From Lama glama (lineage: Eukaryota), in NCBI GenBank assembly GCA_028534125.1, contig CM052818.1, positions 4,528,001 to 4,592,000 on the forward strand: a stretch of DNA of 64,000 nt, read 5' to 3'. The position numbers and the translations under genes were made by a program. Positions within the stretch are counted from its first letter, which is position 1, and every line of letters begins with the position of its first letter. Below, in pieces: positions 25,399-36,577 of this stretch. The notes beneath the pieces were generated by a model, which worked only from the letters and a program-made list of their open reading frames with translations, was not told the origin of the DNA and did not search any database.

Positions 25399-26769
25399 AG
25401 TGTGTCAGCCACTGGTGACACATCAACATGGCATTGCCCCCTCAAGGAGCTTGTAGTCAAAGGGAAGTGAAGTAAATCAGTGCCTGTCACCAGATAGTGT
25501 TTTAAGTGACAGCCACTCCTAGTTGTGGTTATCCAGACCGAGAGGCGGGGAGGGTGGCACTCAGAGAAGTCTTACTGGTTGAAGGGAAGCCTGATCTTAC
25601 CCCTGGAGATAAGCAGGGTTTGAACCTAGCCAAGTAGGGAGGGTGGGTCATGTATAGAAAACCCTGGGTGGAAGGCTAGGCTGGGTGGGTGTGGAACATT
25701 TGGAAAACTGCCCTCAGGGCTACAGCTATAGGACTGGAAGAGGGGAGCAACAAAAGATGGGGTCAGGCCCATTACAATGGGCCACACTGTAATGGGCCTG
25801 ACATCCACACTGAGCGGTTTGGGGTTTGCCTTTCAGGTAGTGGGGAACTGTTGCAGGATTTAAAGCAGGGGCGTACCATGATCAGACTGTCTTTATAGAA
25901 AAATCACATTTTGTAACATCCTACAATTGAGAGTGGAGAAAAATTGACAGTGGGGACCTACTCAAAGGTTCTGAAAGTGACCTGGTCAGTGAGAATGGAG
26001 AAAGGCTTGGGGCTAAGGAGATGAAGGAAGCCATACTGACAGGACTGGGGGGATGGGGGGTGACTCCCCGGCGCCCCGCTGGACTGAGCTCCCTGCAGCC
26101 GAAGGTGGAGGGGAGGAGGGGGGAGGACTTCAGTTCTGCCTGTGATGCCCTGCACCCCTCCTTTGCTCCTGCTGGTGCTGTGGCTCTCATCACCAGCCAG
26201 AGAGGGAAGGAATGACAGGCATGTCCTGTAGAAATTCCGGGGCAGGGTACCTCCCTCTGCCCTTGAGCCTCAGCCCCACCTTCCTGAGGGATGAAGGAGG
26301 CACCTTTTCTCATGCCTTTTCCACTCTCTCCATTTCTGCAGCCGGTGCTTTGGAGGGAGCAGGTGGAGGGGTGAGGAATACCCGTAGAACCTGGGCAGGA
26401 AGTCAGGAGCAGAGGTGGCTGACTTCTCTTCTTTCTCTTTGGACACTGTCCATGTCCAACCTTGGGCAAGTGATTGAACCTCACTGGGGTTCGTTTGTTG
26501 TCTGTGAGGAGTAAATGAGTTCACATGTGTAGACCTCAGAGTCGTGCCTGGGTCACAGGCAGCCGTGTTCAAATGTTCGCTTTTGCTGCTAATGTCATAC
26601 CTTCCCTGCTTCGTCCTGGCATCTGAGTAGCAGCGGGAACACAGGGAACTTTCTGCTGCTCCCTCCTGGCAGCGCTTCCCGTGGAAGGAACGAATCCTCC
26701 TTGGGAACTGTCTGTCAAATGTTAGAAGTCATTTGAATTGGGGGGAATTTCTGATAATAGAAGAACCTT

Positions 26770-26967
26770 AACAAGAAGTTCTTGCTGTATAGTACAGGGA
26801 ACTGAAACTATGTTCAATATTTTGTAGTAGCTTACGGTGAAAAAATATGAAAACAAGTATATGTACATGTATGACTGAAAGCATTGTGCTGTACACCAGA
26901 AATTGACACAACATTGTAAACTGACTATAACTCAATAAAAAAAAATATATATATATACAAAAAAGAG
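26770..26967 (+). mobile_element. 5'-truncated L1 3' end with polyA
   Basis: gtacaccagaaattgacacaacattgtaaactgactataactcaataaaaaaa; perfect 11-bp TSD agaagaacctt (26759-26769 and 26968-26978). Confidence 0.9.
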
Positions 26968-27739
26968 AGAAGAACCTTTATTTTTCAATCTGCCTTGCCT
27001 TTCTGTCTGTCTTTCTTTCTTTCTTTTTTTTTTTTTAGTTAGGAAGAAGGCAAGTGGTTCAGTTCAGGTTTAATGAGAGTCATTATTCTTACTTACTGCC
27101 TTGCTTTCAGTATTCACCCTTACCCATTTTAACAATAAATAACTATTTGTTTATTGGGGCTTAGGGACAGGGAATAATTGCAGGAAAATCCCCATCATGA
27201 TTCTTGAGAGGGGAAATGTTTTCTGATAGAAAAATTAGATGAAAAAATTCACATTTAAATAATCACCTTTTTGTGTTTTTTATACCTGCAGTATTTGTTA
27301 AAAGCCAAAATACTTTCTTAAAATATGCCTTTATTTAAATGTAATACTTTTTTAATTACAATTTTAATACATGCCTTTTGAAATAACAAAATTTAAACAA
27401 TGAAGAATGGAAAGTTAAAAAAAATGAGTCTGCTTTGATCCTATTTCCTAATTCTTACCCCTTCTCAGAGAATGTGTATTTTTGTATGTCTCCTTCCAGA
27501 CTTTTTTCTACATCTCTACATACACAGGTTTAAAAAAAATGGCATATGTTAGACACATTATTTGTTACATACTATATTCTATGACTTTTTCACCACTTAT
27601 TGTGTATTACTACATAAAGATTATTTTTACTGTTCTCTTGGATAGATGTGCTGTAATCTATTCAGCTGTTTCCCTGTTGATGAATATTTAGATTACTTCC
27701 AGTGTTTTGTTATAGTTTATTCCTTTGACAAATGTTTAT

Positions 27740-28990
27740 TGACTGCCAGGCAGTGCTAGTGAACAAAACAAAAATTCCTGCTCTCATGTTGTTACCTTCT
27801 TTTGGAGGTAGACAATAAGTGAGGTATGTCAGATGATCTTAAGGGCTATAAGGTGATGAAGGAGACAAGGAGTGCTGGGAATGAGGGGGAGGGGCGGCAA
27901 GCCTTTGAAAGTTTCCGAGCAGAGGCCTGATATGATCTACTTAGATTTGGGATGATCATTCTGCTTTCTTGATGATAAACTGTTGGAATGGAAACAGGGA
28001 GGCCATTTAGGAGGCTTTGTGACAACCCAGGCAAGACACAGTGATGGCTTGGACTGGCTTGGACCAGGGTGGTAGCAGTTAGAGGTGGTTAGATTCTGAA
28101 TATGTTTTTTAAAGATAGGGTGATAGAGAAGAGTCCAGGACCATTCTGTAATTTTAGTTCTGAACAGTCGGAAAAGTGGAGTTGCCATGAAATGAAATGG
28201 GGAAGACTGTAGTAGGCAAGATCAGTAGGGTTTTTTTAAAAAAGTGAAGTATAGTTGATTTACAATATTTTGTCTGCTTTCAAGTGTAGAGCAAAGTGAT
28301 TTGGCTTCATATTTATACATTTATATGTATATGTATTTTCAGATTCTTTTCCATTATAGGTTATTACAAGATATAGTAGGCAAGATTACACATTTGGGCT
28401 TTGGGCACATTCCATTTGAGAATCTATTAGCAGCCAAAGAGAGGTATTGAGTAAGCAGTTGGAAAGGTAAATTTGGAGTTCAGTGGTGAGGTCAGGGCTG
28501 GAGATGCTAACCTAAGAGTCATCAGTTTATTAATGTAGTTTAAACCCTGAGCTCACCTAGGGACTGAATTGGAGAAGAGACTCAAGGACAGCCCTGGGCA
28601 CTCCAAGGTTTAGAGGCTGAGGATATGAAAAGGTTGTAACGAAGAAGACCAGGAAAGCAACCAGTGAGATAGGAGGGAAACCACGAAAATGTCATGCCCT
28701 GGAGACCAGCTGAAGGGAGTCAGCTACATCAGATGACAAGACCTGAGAACTGACATTGACTATACAGTGACTATACAGTGTGGCTGTGGGGGTAACCTTG
28801 ACAGGAACAATTCTGAGTGAGAAGTAGGGGGCTTGATTGTGGTAGATTCGAGAAAGAATGGAAAGAGAGGAACTGGGCTGTTAGTATAAGCAACGCTTTT
28901 GAGGAGTTTGTTCTAAAAGAGAGAAAATGGGGCTTTAGCTGGAGGGGGTTATGAAGTCAAGGTGTTTCTGTTGTTTCTTGTCTAACGTGG
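27740..28990 (-). mobile_element. L2 fragment containing an antisense L1 3' insert (~28230-28373)
   Basis: L2 motifs (gatggcttggac...ggtggtagcag...gattctgaatatgttt). L1 insert flanked by TSD tagtaggcaagat (28210-28222 and 28374-28386). Confidence 0.75.
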
Positions 28991-31526
28991 AGGAATCAAA
29001 TGTTTTAAGCTTACTGGATCCAGCAGAGGGAAAAATCCAGCAAGGCAAAGCCCCCACTTTCAGAGAAAAGTTTGAGGAATCCATTTTAATAAATTTATAT
29101 GCATGTATACAAGGGTTTCTGTGGGCTGCTTTCTTAAGAGGATTTCCTGAGTCAAAGGGTATGTGCATTTAAGAAATCTGTACCAATTTGTATTCCACCT
29201 TTGCTAATATTGGACTTTGCCAATCTTAAAAATTATTGCCAGTCTGATGGGTGATATCTTCATTGTTTTAATCTGTTTTATGCTTTGTAGGAACTCTATA
29301 TGATCGAACTTATCCTTTGTTGTATTTTGACAAATATTTTCTCCCAGGCTGTTTCTTGCCATTTAAGTTTGCTTATGCTATACTTTTACCATATAGATTT
29401 TTTTCAGTTTTTATGTAGTTAAGTCTGTCAGCCATTTCCTTTTATAGCATTTGGGTTTCATTTAGATTATATAAATATTTTATATACTCTTTTAATACAC
29501 TTACATATTTACCTTGAAAATTCATCTGGAGTTTATTTTTGTGTATGTTGTGAAATAGGTATCTAAGTTTTCCATCTTCTTCTGTGTTCTTAAACAGTTA
29601 AATACTTAAGAATTAACTGTTTCTTGAAGGTTTGGAAGAAATTACCTATAATATCTTCTAGGCTTGGAACTTTTTTGGAGCATAGATCTTTGGCTTCTTA
29701 ATTTTTTATTTTTAAATTTAAAAAATTGTTGTCTGTGGTTAATGATCTATTTGGTTTATATACTTCTTTTTAGGTTAGTTTTGGTAATTGATTTTTTTTC
29801 CCCTGGCGCCTCATTCTTATCATCCAGATTTTTCAAATTTACTGGTTTATAATTCTACATACAGAAAAGAAATTCCAAGTCTTCTCTATATGTGCTGTCT
29901 CTCCCTGTCCTTACACCTTTGGGCAGTGATGCTGTAGCTGTTCTTTCACAGATCTGGGGATTGATTAGCTGCTTTCCGCCCTCATGGGCCAGATCTCACT
30001 GCCCTTTGTCTTGGGGTTACTCCTAGATTCTTCTTCTCTTTTGCCTGTGAGGGATTGCAGGCTCCTTGGTTCTGTTTCCTGTCAGTCTAATCCCACTTGC
30101 TCTTTAGCTCACAGAAGTTTCTACTGTTGAGGTCTGCAGGTGTGTCTGTGCCCTTTTTGGGCACATAGCTAAGGAGAACATCAAGCCAGCATCACAGTGG
30201 ACTTATTTTTGTATTTCTCCTGTCATTCTGGAGAGATTGTGGGAAGGATGAGAGACAGATACGTATTTTTAGTGAGCCTTCTGAAACAGAAAGTCACTTC
30301 TATCCTGTGTGGTTTTCTTTTCTCATAGCCCTTTGTGTCATTGCTGGTTGCACAGTAGTTGGGTAGTAACTTCCCAGTGTGAGTGGTGATAGTCCCATGG
30401 ACTTCACTTTTTAAATTTTAAATGAAACCAGATGTCTCAGTGGAATATACTTGTTGAACAGAAATGTTGATATATTGTGACTAAATATTCAAATAGTACT
30501 TTAAAACCTTAAATGACATAGTCATAACATTTAGAACTACAGGGACTTTACAGACCATTAGACCCACTGCCTTATTTTATGGATGAAGTATTCGAGGCCC
30601 AGAGAGATTCAGTGATTTATCTAAGGTGACAAAGTCACTGATCAAGCAGGATGGAAAACCGAAGTCTCTTTGCTTCAGTTTGACTATGCTGTTTGCTTTT
30701 ACACATTCTTGATGTTCTCCTTAGCTGTGTAACGGAAGAGGTATTTTCAGCTAATGAAATTTTTTTAAACATAAGGATGGTACATGTGGCTTGGAATTGC
30801 TTCTGAAATTTGGTCTTAGACACCATATTAAATATATTGATGTTGATTGTGCTTCTCATATTGATATTAGCTATTATGAATGTGAACATTAAATATTTAA
30901 AATATGAATTTTAAAAGAATGAGCTGTCCAGGTATGCTCTAGCCTAAACGAAGACCATAGAGTTTATTTCCCCCTCTCTGCATACAGACTTCATGTAATT
31001 TATGGACTCCTGGATTTCTTATTACTATTTTAAGCTTAAGGAATATATATAAATATAAATACAAGCTTGAAAATGATTTTAGTGATAAATAATCATAAAA
31101 TATTTCAGACCTAGGATTTGTAATTTTTTGGTTTAATATGCTATGCTGCTGGATCAGCAGCTAAATTTAGCAGTGCTAAAATACATGTTTTTCATGAAAA
31201 GAGCTTTGCTTATCATTTTTTTTTCCAGCAAGCATTAGGGAATAGGATATATGTATCACATTTTCACTGCTTTGCTTGGTCTTTAACTTCAACAGAAAGT
31301 TTTTTAAATTTGGGATTTTTATTATTGATATTCCTTGTTTGGTAGTCTTATCTTTAGTTCTTGAAAAGCATTGAGGGGTTGAGGGTTTGCTGTGTGTAGC
31401 ATTAGTGAACTTGGGTGGGTTCTGTCCTGGTTCCCCACTGGCCCTCCCCCCGCCCCCATCCCTGTCTCACCTCAAGCCAGTTAAGAAGAGGGGAGGTTTG
31501 TATGTAGTTGCTCGAGAATTATATTC

Positions 31527-31623
31527 TTTTTCTTTGTTAATGGAGGTACTGGGGAATGAACCCATTGCCTCGTGCGCGCTAAGCATGCATGCGCTCTACC
31601 ACTGAGCTATACCCCCCTGCCCC
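31527..31623 (-). mobile_element. vic-1-like SINE (short form)
   Basis: aatggaggtactgggg...ccactgagctataccccc; TSD attatattct. Confidence 0.9.
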
Positions 31624-31784
31624 AGGATTATATTCTAAGATTTGTTTAATTATCTTCAGGTTTCAACTCTTTCAGTACTTTTGAAATACATGATATAACA
31701 TTGCTTTTTTTTTGTAACTTAAAGAGCTATCTCTCTATGTCCAATATGAATTCTAAGAATTTAATTTTGTTCCAGTTGGTCATA

Positions 31785-31922
31785 ATGGCAGGCGAAGAAA
31801 TGAATGAAGACTATCCAGTAGAAATTCATGAGTATTTATCAACATTTGAGAATTCCATTGGTGCTGTGGATGAGATGCTAAAGACCATGATGTCTGTTTC
31901 TAGAAATGAGTTGTTGCAGAAG
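31785..31922 (+). CDS. C1D: C1D coding exon 1 (exon 2; the exon begins at 31776)
   Basis: ttccag|ttggtcataATGG (strong Kozak); MAGEE...LLQK; AAG|gtattt. Confidence 0.96.
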
Positions 31923-34900
31923 GTATTTTAAATTCGTGATTTCTAAATATGTAATTCATAAAACCAAGTGCTATGTTATGAAACATGTAGAAGAAGAAAT
32001 AGATAAATGCCCGTTTCTCCCTTTATTTCAAATTTTTTAAGTGTTTGGATATTTTTAGGGGAAAAATACAACAAAACTCCAACCTTAGGAAATACCTCTT
32101 AACTATATTTTATTTTGACTTGGATTTGGGAGAAAAAAAGTTCTCCCAGCATTCTTTTTGACAGCCTCTATCTTTGACCTTTTAAGTATTACAATGATGT
32201 TATCAGGGTTTCTGGAAACCCTATAGGACAAAAAGAGTAAATTGACTTTGACAGTCTAAAACAAATCTCATTATGTTTCTTCTGTCTTTGGTATTGCCTA
32301 AGCATTTAGCCTGCTTCTTATACATAAATGCATCATGTACAGTGTTTATATTGATAAATTACTTTTGACATACAAAGCCCAGATCATACCTCCTGAAATT
32401 AAAATAATTCAAAAGAATTTTTTTTTTTGTATTGTACATGTTCCTCGTTTAACCAAAGATGGTACCCTGGAGTGAAAATTTGTGGGCAGAAATTACTGCT
32501 TAACAAAACTTTTCTTTTTGCAAATTATTTCCAGATTATTTGGTTAGTGGATTATAGGAAGTGAAAAAAAACATTTCTTTGATACATTGTGCTTGGTGAA
32601 AGTTTAAAATATCTGATGGTGCTCAAAGTTTGTGTGTATTTCTTTTTTTCTTTCTCTTTTTTGTAGTTGGACCCACTTGAACAGGCAAAAGTGGATTTAG
32701 TTTCTGCTTACACATTAAATTCAATGTTTTGGGGTATGTATATTACTTTAGAGTTAATTAGAAAGCAAATTATTTATTGTGTCAAAAGTGATTTATTTTT
32801 AAATGCTAGCAATTTATATAGTTATACTTTATAGCAATTTTATAGTCAGATATTTATTTCTTTCAAGTTAGAATACCAGATGCCCATGAGCCACACATAA
32901 ATTTAATATTACAAAGAGGTGGAATAATTTAAGATTTAACGAATCATTTGTGCGGTTCCTTTTTTGTAACTAGGATTTCTTTAATTGATGCTGTTAATTA
33001 ATATGTACCCAATTTATTCCATGAAATCTTTCTCTTTTAGTTTACTTGGCAACTCAGGGAATTAATCCTAAGGAACATCCAGTAAAGCAGGAATTGGTAA
33101 GATTGCAGTGGATTTATTTCCTTTTATTTTACATGTTTGCCTGTTGTGTATTCCTGAAGTTAAAGTTGCAGTGCCTGTATCACACTAATTGTGGGGGGCG
33201 AAATTATGAAACTGAGCCAGATTTCATAATGTCTTTAGTTTTTCTTTTTCTCACCTTTGTCAGAGAATAGTGTTCCATGTATTATATAAATCTCTGGATA
33301 GGAAAGTGTTACGATTCTAGTAATTATTTATAACTTCTGTATTATTTTTCCTATAAATTCTTGAAACCTGTTCATCTCTACAACTGCCTTTTTTTTTTTT
33401 AACTTACACAATTCTTAAAAGTATATTCTAGTTGATTTACTAGCAAAGACAGGAAAGTTTCTCCTCCACCTTTTCAGTTCTTCCATTAATTCATTTTCTC
33501 AGCAGTAAAGAATCCAGTTCAGCAACAAAGCTAAAAGCTTTTTTGGCACCAGTTGTATGTGTACTGTCCAGTAATTCTGCATTAGTGACATATTTACAAC
33601 CTGTAATAAATCTTCTAGGTTTGTCTTTGTATTCCATTTAGATATGTAAGTACAGTATATAAGGTCTGGTATCTTGGAGTTTTTGCTGACTTCAGAAATT
33701 AAATCATTCAATTTTGAAAGAAAAAATTAGAAATCAAACTTATGGTTACCTTCTTGACTTGGTTTTATGAATAAGAATATTAATAAATTTACTCTTTCTG
33801 TTTATAAAATATAAGGTAAATATATATATATGTGAAATACACTTGACACTAATCTACAGTCTTACTGTGGTTGATAAGTGTGTTTTTTATAACTTAGTAA
33901 AGAACTTGGTCATTCATTTTAAAAAAATGAGTAAACCAGATCTGTTGTCTTTAGTTTTTAGATGTGTAGACTAAGATGTTTTTGTCTTTTAAATTTCTTG
34001 GGGGAAGAATAAATTTATTTTTAAAGATAGAAATTGTGAAAAATACTTACAGCTAAAACGTGAAGCAGTGTGAGCCAAAGATCTTGATTTGACAAGTGTT
34101 ACTGGCTTTTGGTCTTAAGAAGTATACATCGTATCATCTGTTTTCACCTTTCTAGTACGGTCTTCACATGTATAAAGGTCCTCTTTTTGTCTTTAACACC
34201 AAGTTATTTGGAGTGTTTTAATACTTGATTCTGTCATTGGAAAAGGATCAAATCACCTGTCTTCTTTTTCCCTCAGAATCCACTTCATAGGGGAGTACAT
34301 TCATATTCCAGACAAGGGCTGGCACATAAAAAGCATCCATGAGCCTGTTCTCCTCTTCTGACCTCGTGACAGACGTTGCTAATTGATCACAGAGTTACTG
34401 TGTGAGAGGAGGCCTGTTTGTCATATATATCATACGTGGGGAAAGGCATTGAAAATAGTCAGCTTATTCATTCAGCAAATATTTGAGTGCCTCCTGGGAA
34501 CCAGGCATTATTTCCAAGTGAGATAATTCCTCAGTAAATCAAGCCAATAAATATCCCTGCCTTTGTGGCAGGTGCCAGACTGTCTAGGGTTGAAAAACAG
34601 TTAACATAATAGAACAAACAAATAATAAATGTGTATGAATATATGGTACGGTAGAAAGTTATATGTTATGGGGAAAAGGAAGAAAATAGCACAGGGTTTG
34701 GGGCACTAGAGTACTTTTGTAGTGTCTCCCGTTCCGGTGGTAAAGGCCGGACTGACTGACAAGGCTGGCTCTTGAGCAGGCGTGGCCGGGTGGCTCCGTG
34801 AGGGAAGCTCATTCCAGGCAGGGCTGGGCTGGGTGGTGTTGTGAGGGCTTGGGCTTTAACTCTGGGAGAAATAGGGAGCCATGAGAGGGTCTGGAGCAGA

Positions 34901-35891
34901 GTTGTCCATTTTTAAAAATTGAAGCCTTTGGAGGTTCTGCATTTTTCTGTATCTGTTTGTACAAGTCTTTTGATTATTGTAATGAAGCTTGCTTTAAAGT
35001 GGTGATCAGTAATTTACTCTGCTGTTTTATGGGTCTCACACCGTTGTTGCTCCATTTGAAGTATAGAATAGCCCTTTATTCTCATTAATGGTCTCAGAAG
35101 ATTCATAATGATGCAGCAATCTAGCATGTTTCTCTCCTTGTCTGATGAGGGCAGTATGTTTCACTAGAAAATATCATGTGTTTATATGAAATTGAATGAA
35201 AGATCTTGTGCTTTCATTCTGCTTATTTTAGTTGTGACACTAGAAGGTAACATAAAAAAAGTAAATAGTTAAATACTGCCGTAGCCCTTTCCTGTTTAGA
35301 AAACATTTTGGAGAGTTTAGTTGACATGTTGCAAGTAAGCTCTGTTTTAGATTATGGACTTCAGATAGAAGAGAGTTAGTATGTGGATTTAGGTGAATGC
35401 TAAATTTAAAAATTTAGTATAACCACTTACAAACAGTGCAGTGTTTATCTCTGTAGCCATGTGTTAGTCTGGGTCTTCCCCTTTTGAAACACTCAGAACA
35501 CTTCTGAAGTGGCTTTCTCATGTCCGCACTGCCCCTGGGCTGCGAACTCCAGGAGGGCGTGGACCGCGTCTGTCCTGTCTCTCTGCTCTTGCCCAGCGCC
35601 GCTCAGTAGGCGGTAAATGCAGCGCTGTTGAGTTTAACTGAGGTGAAGTACAATGAAACCTAGCGGCGGTGAACAGCTTAGTAAATCTATTGCCTTTCTT
35701 CTTTTTCTGTTTTTTTAATCTTCAAGGAAAGAATCAGAGTGTACATGAACAGAGTCAAGGAAATAACAGACAAGAAAAAGGCTGGCAGGCTGGACAGAGG
35801 TGCAGCCTCAAGATTCGTTAAGAATGCTCTCTGGGAACCAAAACCTAAACATGCATCCAAAGTTGCCAATAAGGGAAAAAGTAAAAATTGA
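31785..35891 (+). CDS. C1D: Nuclear nucleic acid-binding protein C1D (Rrp47 orthologue), 141 aa, join(31785..31922,32667..32733,33041..33096,35727..35891)
   Basis: Spliced translation [141 protein letters not shown]. It matches mammalian C1D (Sas10/Utp3/C1D domain); all introns are GT-AG and phases are consistent. Confidence 0.97.
32667..32733 (+). CDS. C1D: C1D coding exon 2
   Basis: Polypyrimidine tract, tgtag|[29 protein letters not shown]|gtatgt. Confidence 0.96.
33041..33096 (+). CDS. C1D: C1D coding exon 3
   Basis: ttttag|TTTAC; (V)[21 protein letters not shown]|gtaaga. Confidence 0.96.
34460..34900 (-). mobile_element. L2 3' fragment in the last C1D intron
   Basis: attcattcagcaaatatttgagtgcctcctgggaaccaggca...gggagccatgagagggtctggagcag. 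Confidence 0.65.
35727..35891 (+). CDS. C1D: C1D last coding exon
   Basis: ttcaag|[19 protein letters not shown]...GKSKN, TGA at 35889-35891. Confidence 0.96.
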   Translation, partial: ERIRVYMNRVKEITDKKKAGRLDRGAASRFVKNALWEPKPKHASKVANKGKSKN

Positions 35892-36267
35892 CCTTTTGGT
35901 TTTGGTGTACAGATATTCAAAAAGTACATCATTTTTTAATTGTTTTTCACAAAATAGATGATGATGATGACGTGGCAATGTAGGTTTAAATGTATTTATT
36001 CCTTATTGAATTCTTATATAAAATTGACATTTTAAACTTGTATTGCTAAATACTTTTCCCCCCAGAAAGATTGGTATCTTTATTGGTTTTCTTATAGAAC
36101 ACCATGCAGTTTTTAACATTGTGGTATATTTTATATTTATAGTTTACCATCTCTCTTGACAAAGACTTATTTCCTTATATAGGTTGGTCTTTCAAGTGCC
36201 ACTTTATAAGCAACTGTGAAATTTAAGTTAAATGTTCTTTGTAAACATTTGTCTATTTTCAATGAAT

Positions 36268-36273
36268 AATAAC
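36268..36273 (+). terminator. C1D: Proximal polyadenylation signal of C1D
   Basis: AATAAA about 380 nt after the stop codon. Confidence 0.5.
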
Positions 36274-36571
36274 CTTATGAAGTATGCTGACGTTATAAAT
36301 ACATGTTTTCACTGTATAATATTAAGAAAGAGTGAAATGATGTAAATGTCCATTTTAATCTGTGTAGTTATTTCATTATGCTTTCATGATTTTGGGAATT
36401 ACTGCGTTTTTGAAATTTGAAGTACAAAATTAAGACTTTAAGGTTATTCTTTAATTCTTGGCACTTTGCCACTATATCCCATTTGAAGTAAAATATATTC
36501 TCATTAACTTTAGATGGGAAATGAGGTTGTATATTGATGGCTGAATTTTGGCATAATGGCTGTATCCAGTC

Positions 36572-36577
36572 AATAAA
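36572..36577 (+). terminator. C1D: Distal polyadenylation signal of C1D
   Basis: AATAAA followed ~25 nt later by U-rich tgtttatttttttctctttt. Confidence 0.65.

Noticed and set aside
25921..26572. 187-aa and 100-aa ORFs in intron 1
   Set aside because: Low-complexity GC-rich stretch overlapping a MIR fragment; no homology recognised.
28758..28780. Tandem gactatacagt x2
   Set aside because: Simple 11-bp slippage duplication inside an L2.
31800..31802. Second in-frame ATG (Met6) in C1D
   Set aside because: The first ATG has a strong Kozak context, and I recall Met6 in other mammals, so it is not novel.
33046..33270. [24 protein letters not shown]...
   Set aside because: This is C1D coding exon 3 read through into the intron, not a separate gene.
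35107..35145. C/D-box-like atgatg...ctga in a C1D intron
   Set aside because: Too short, imperfect C box and no terminal stem.
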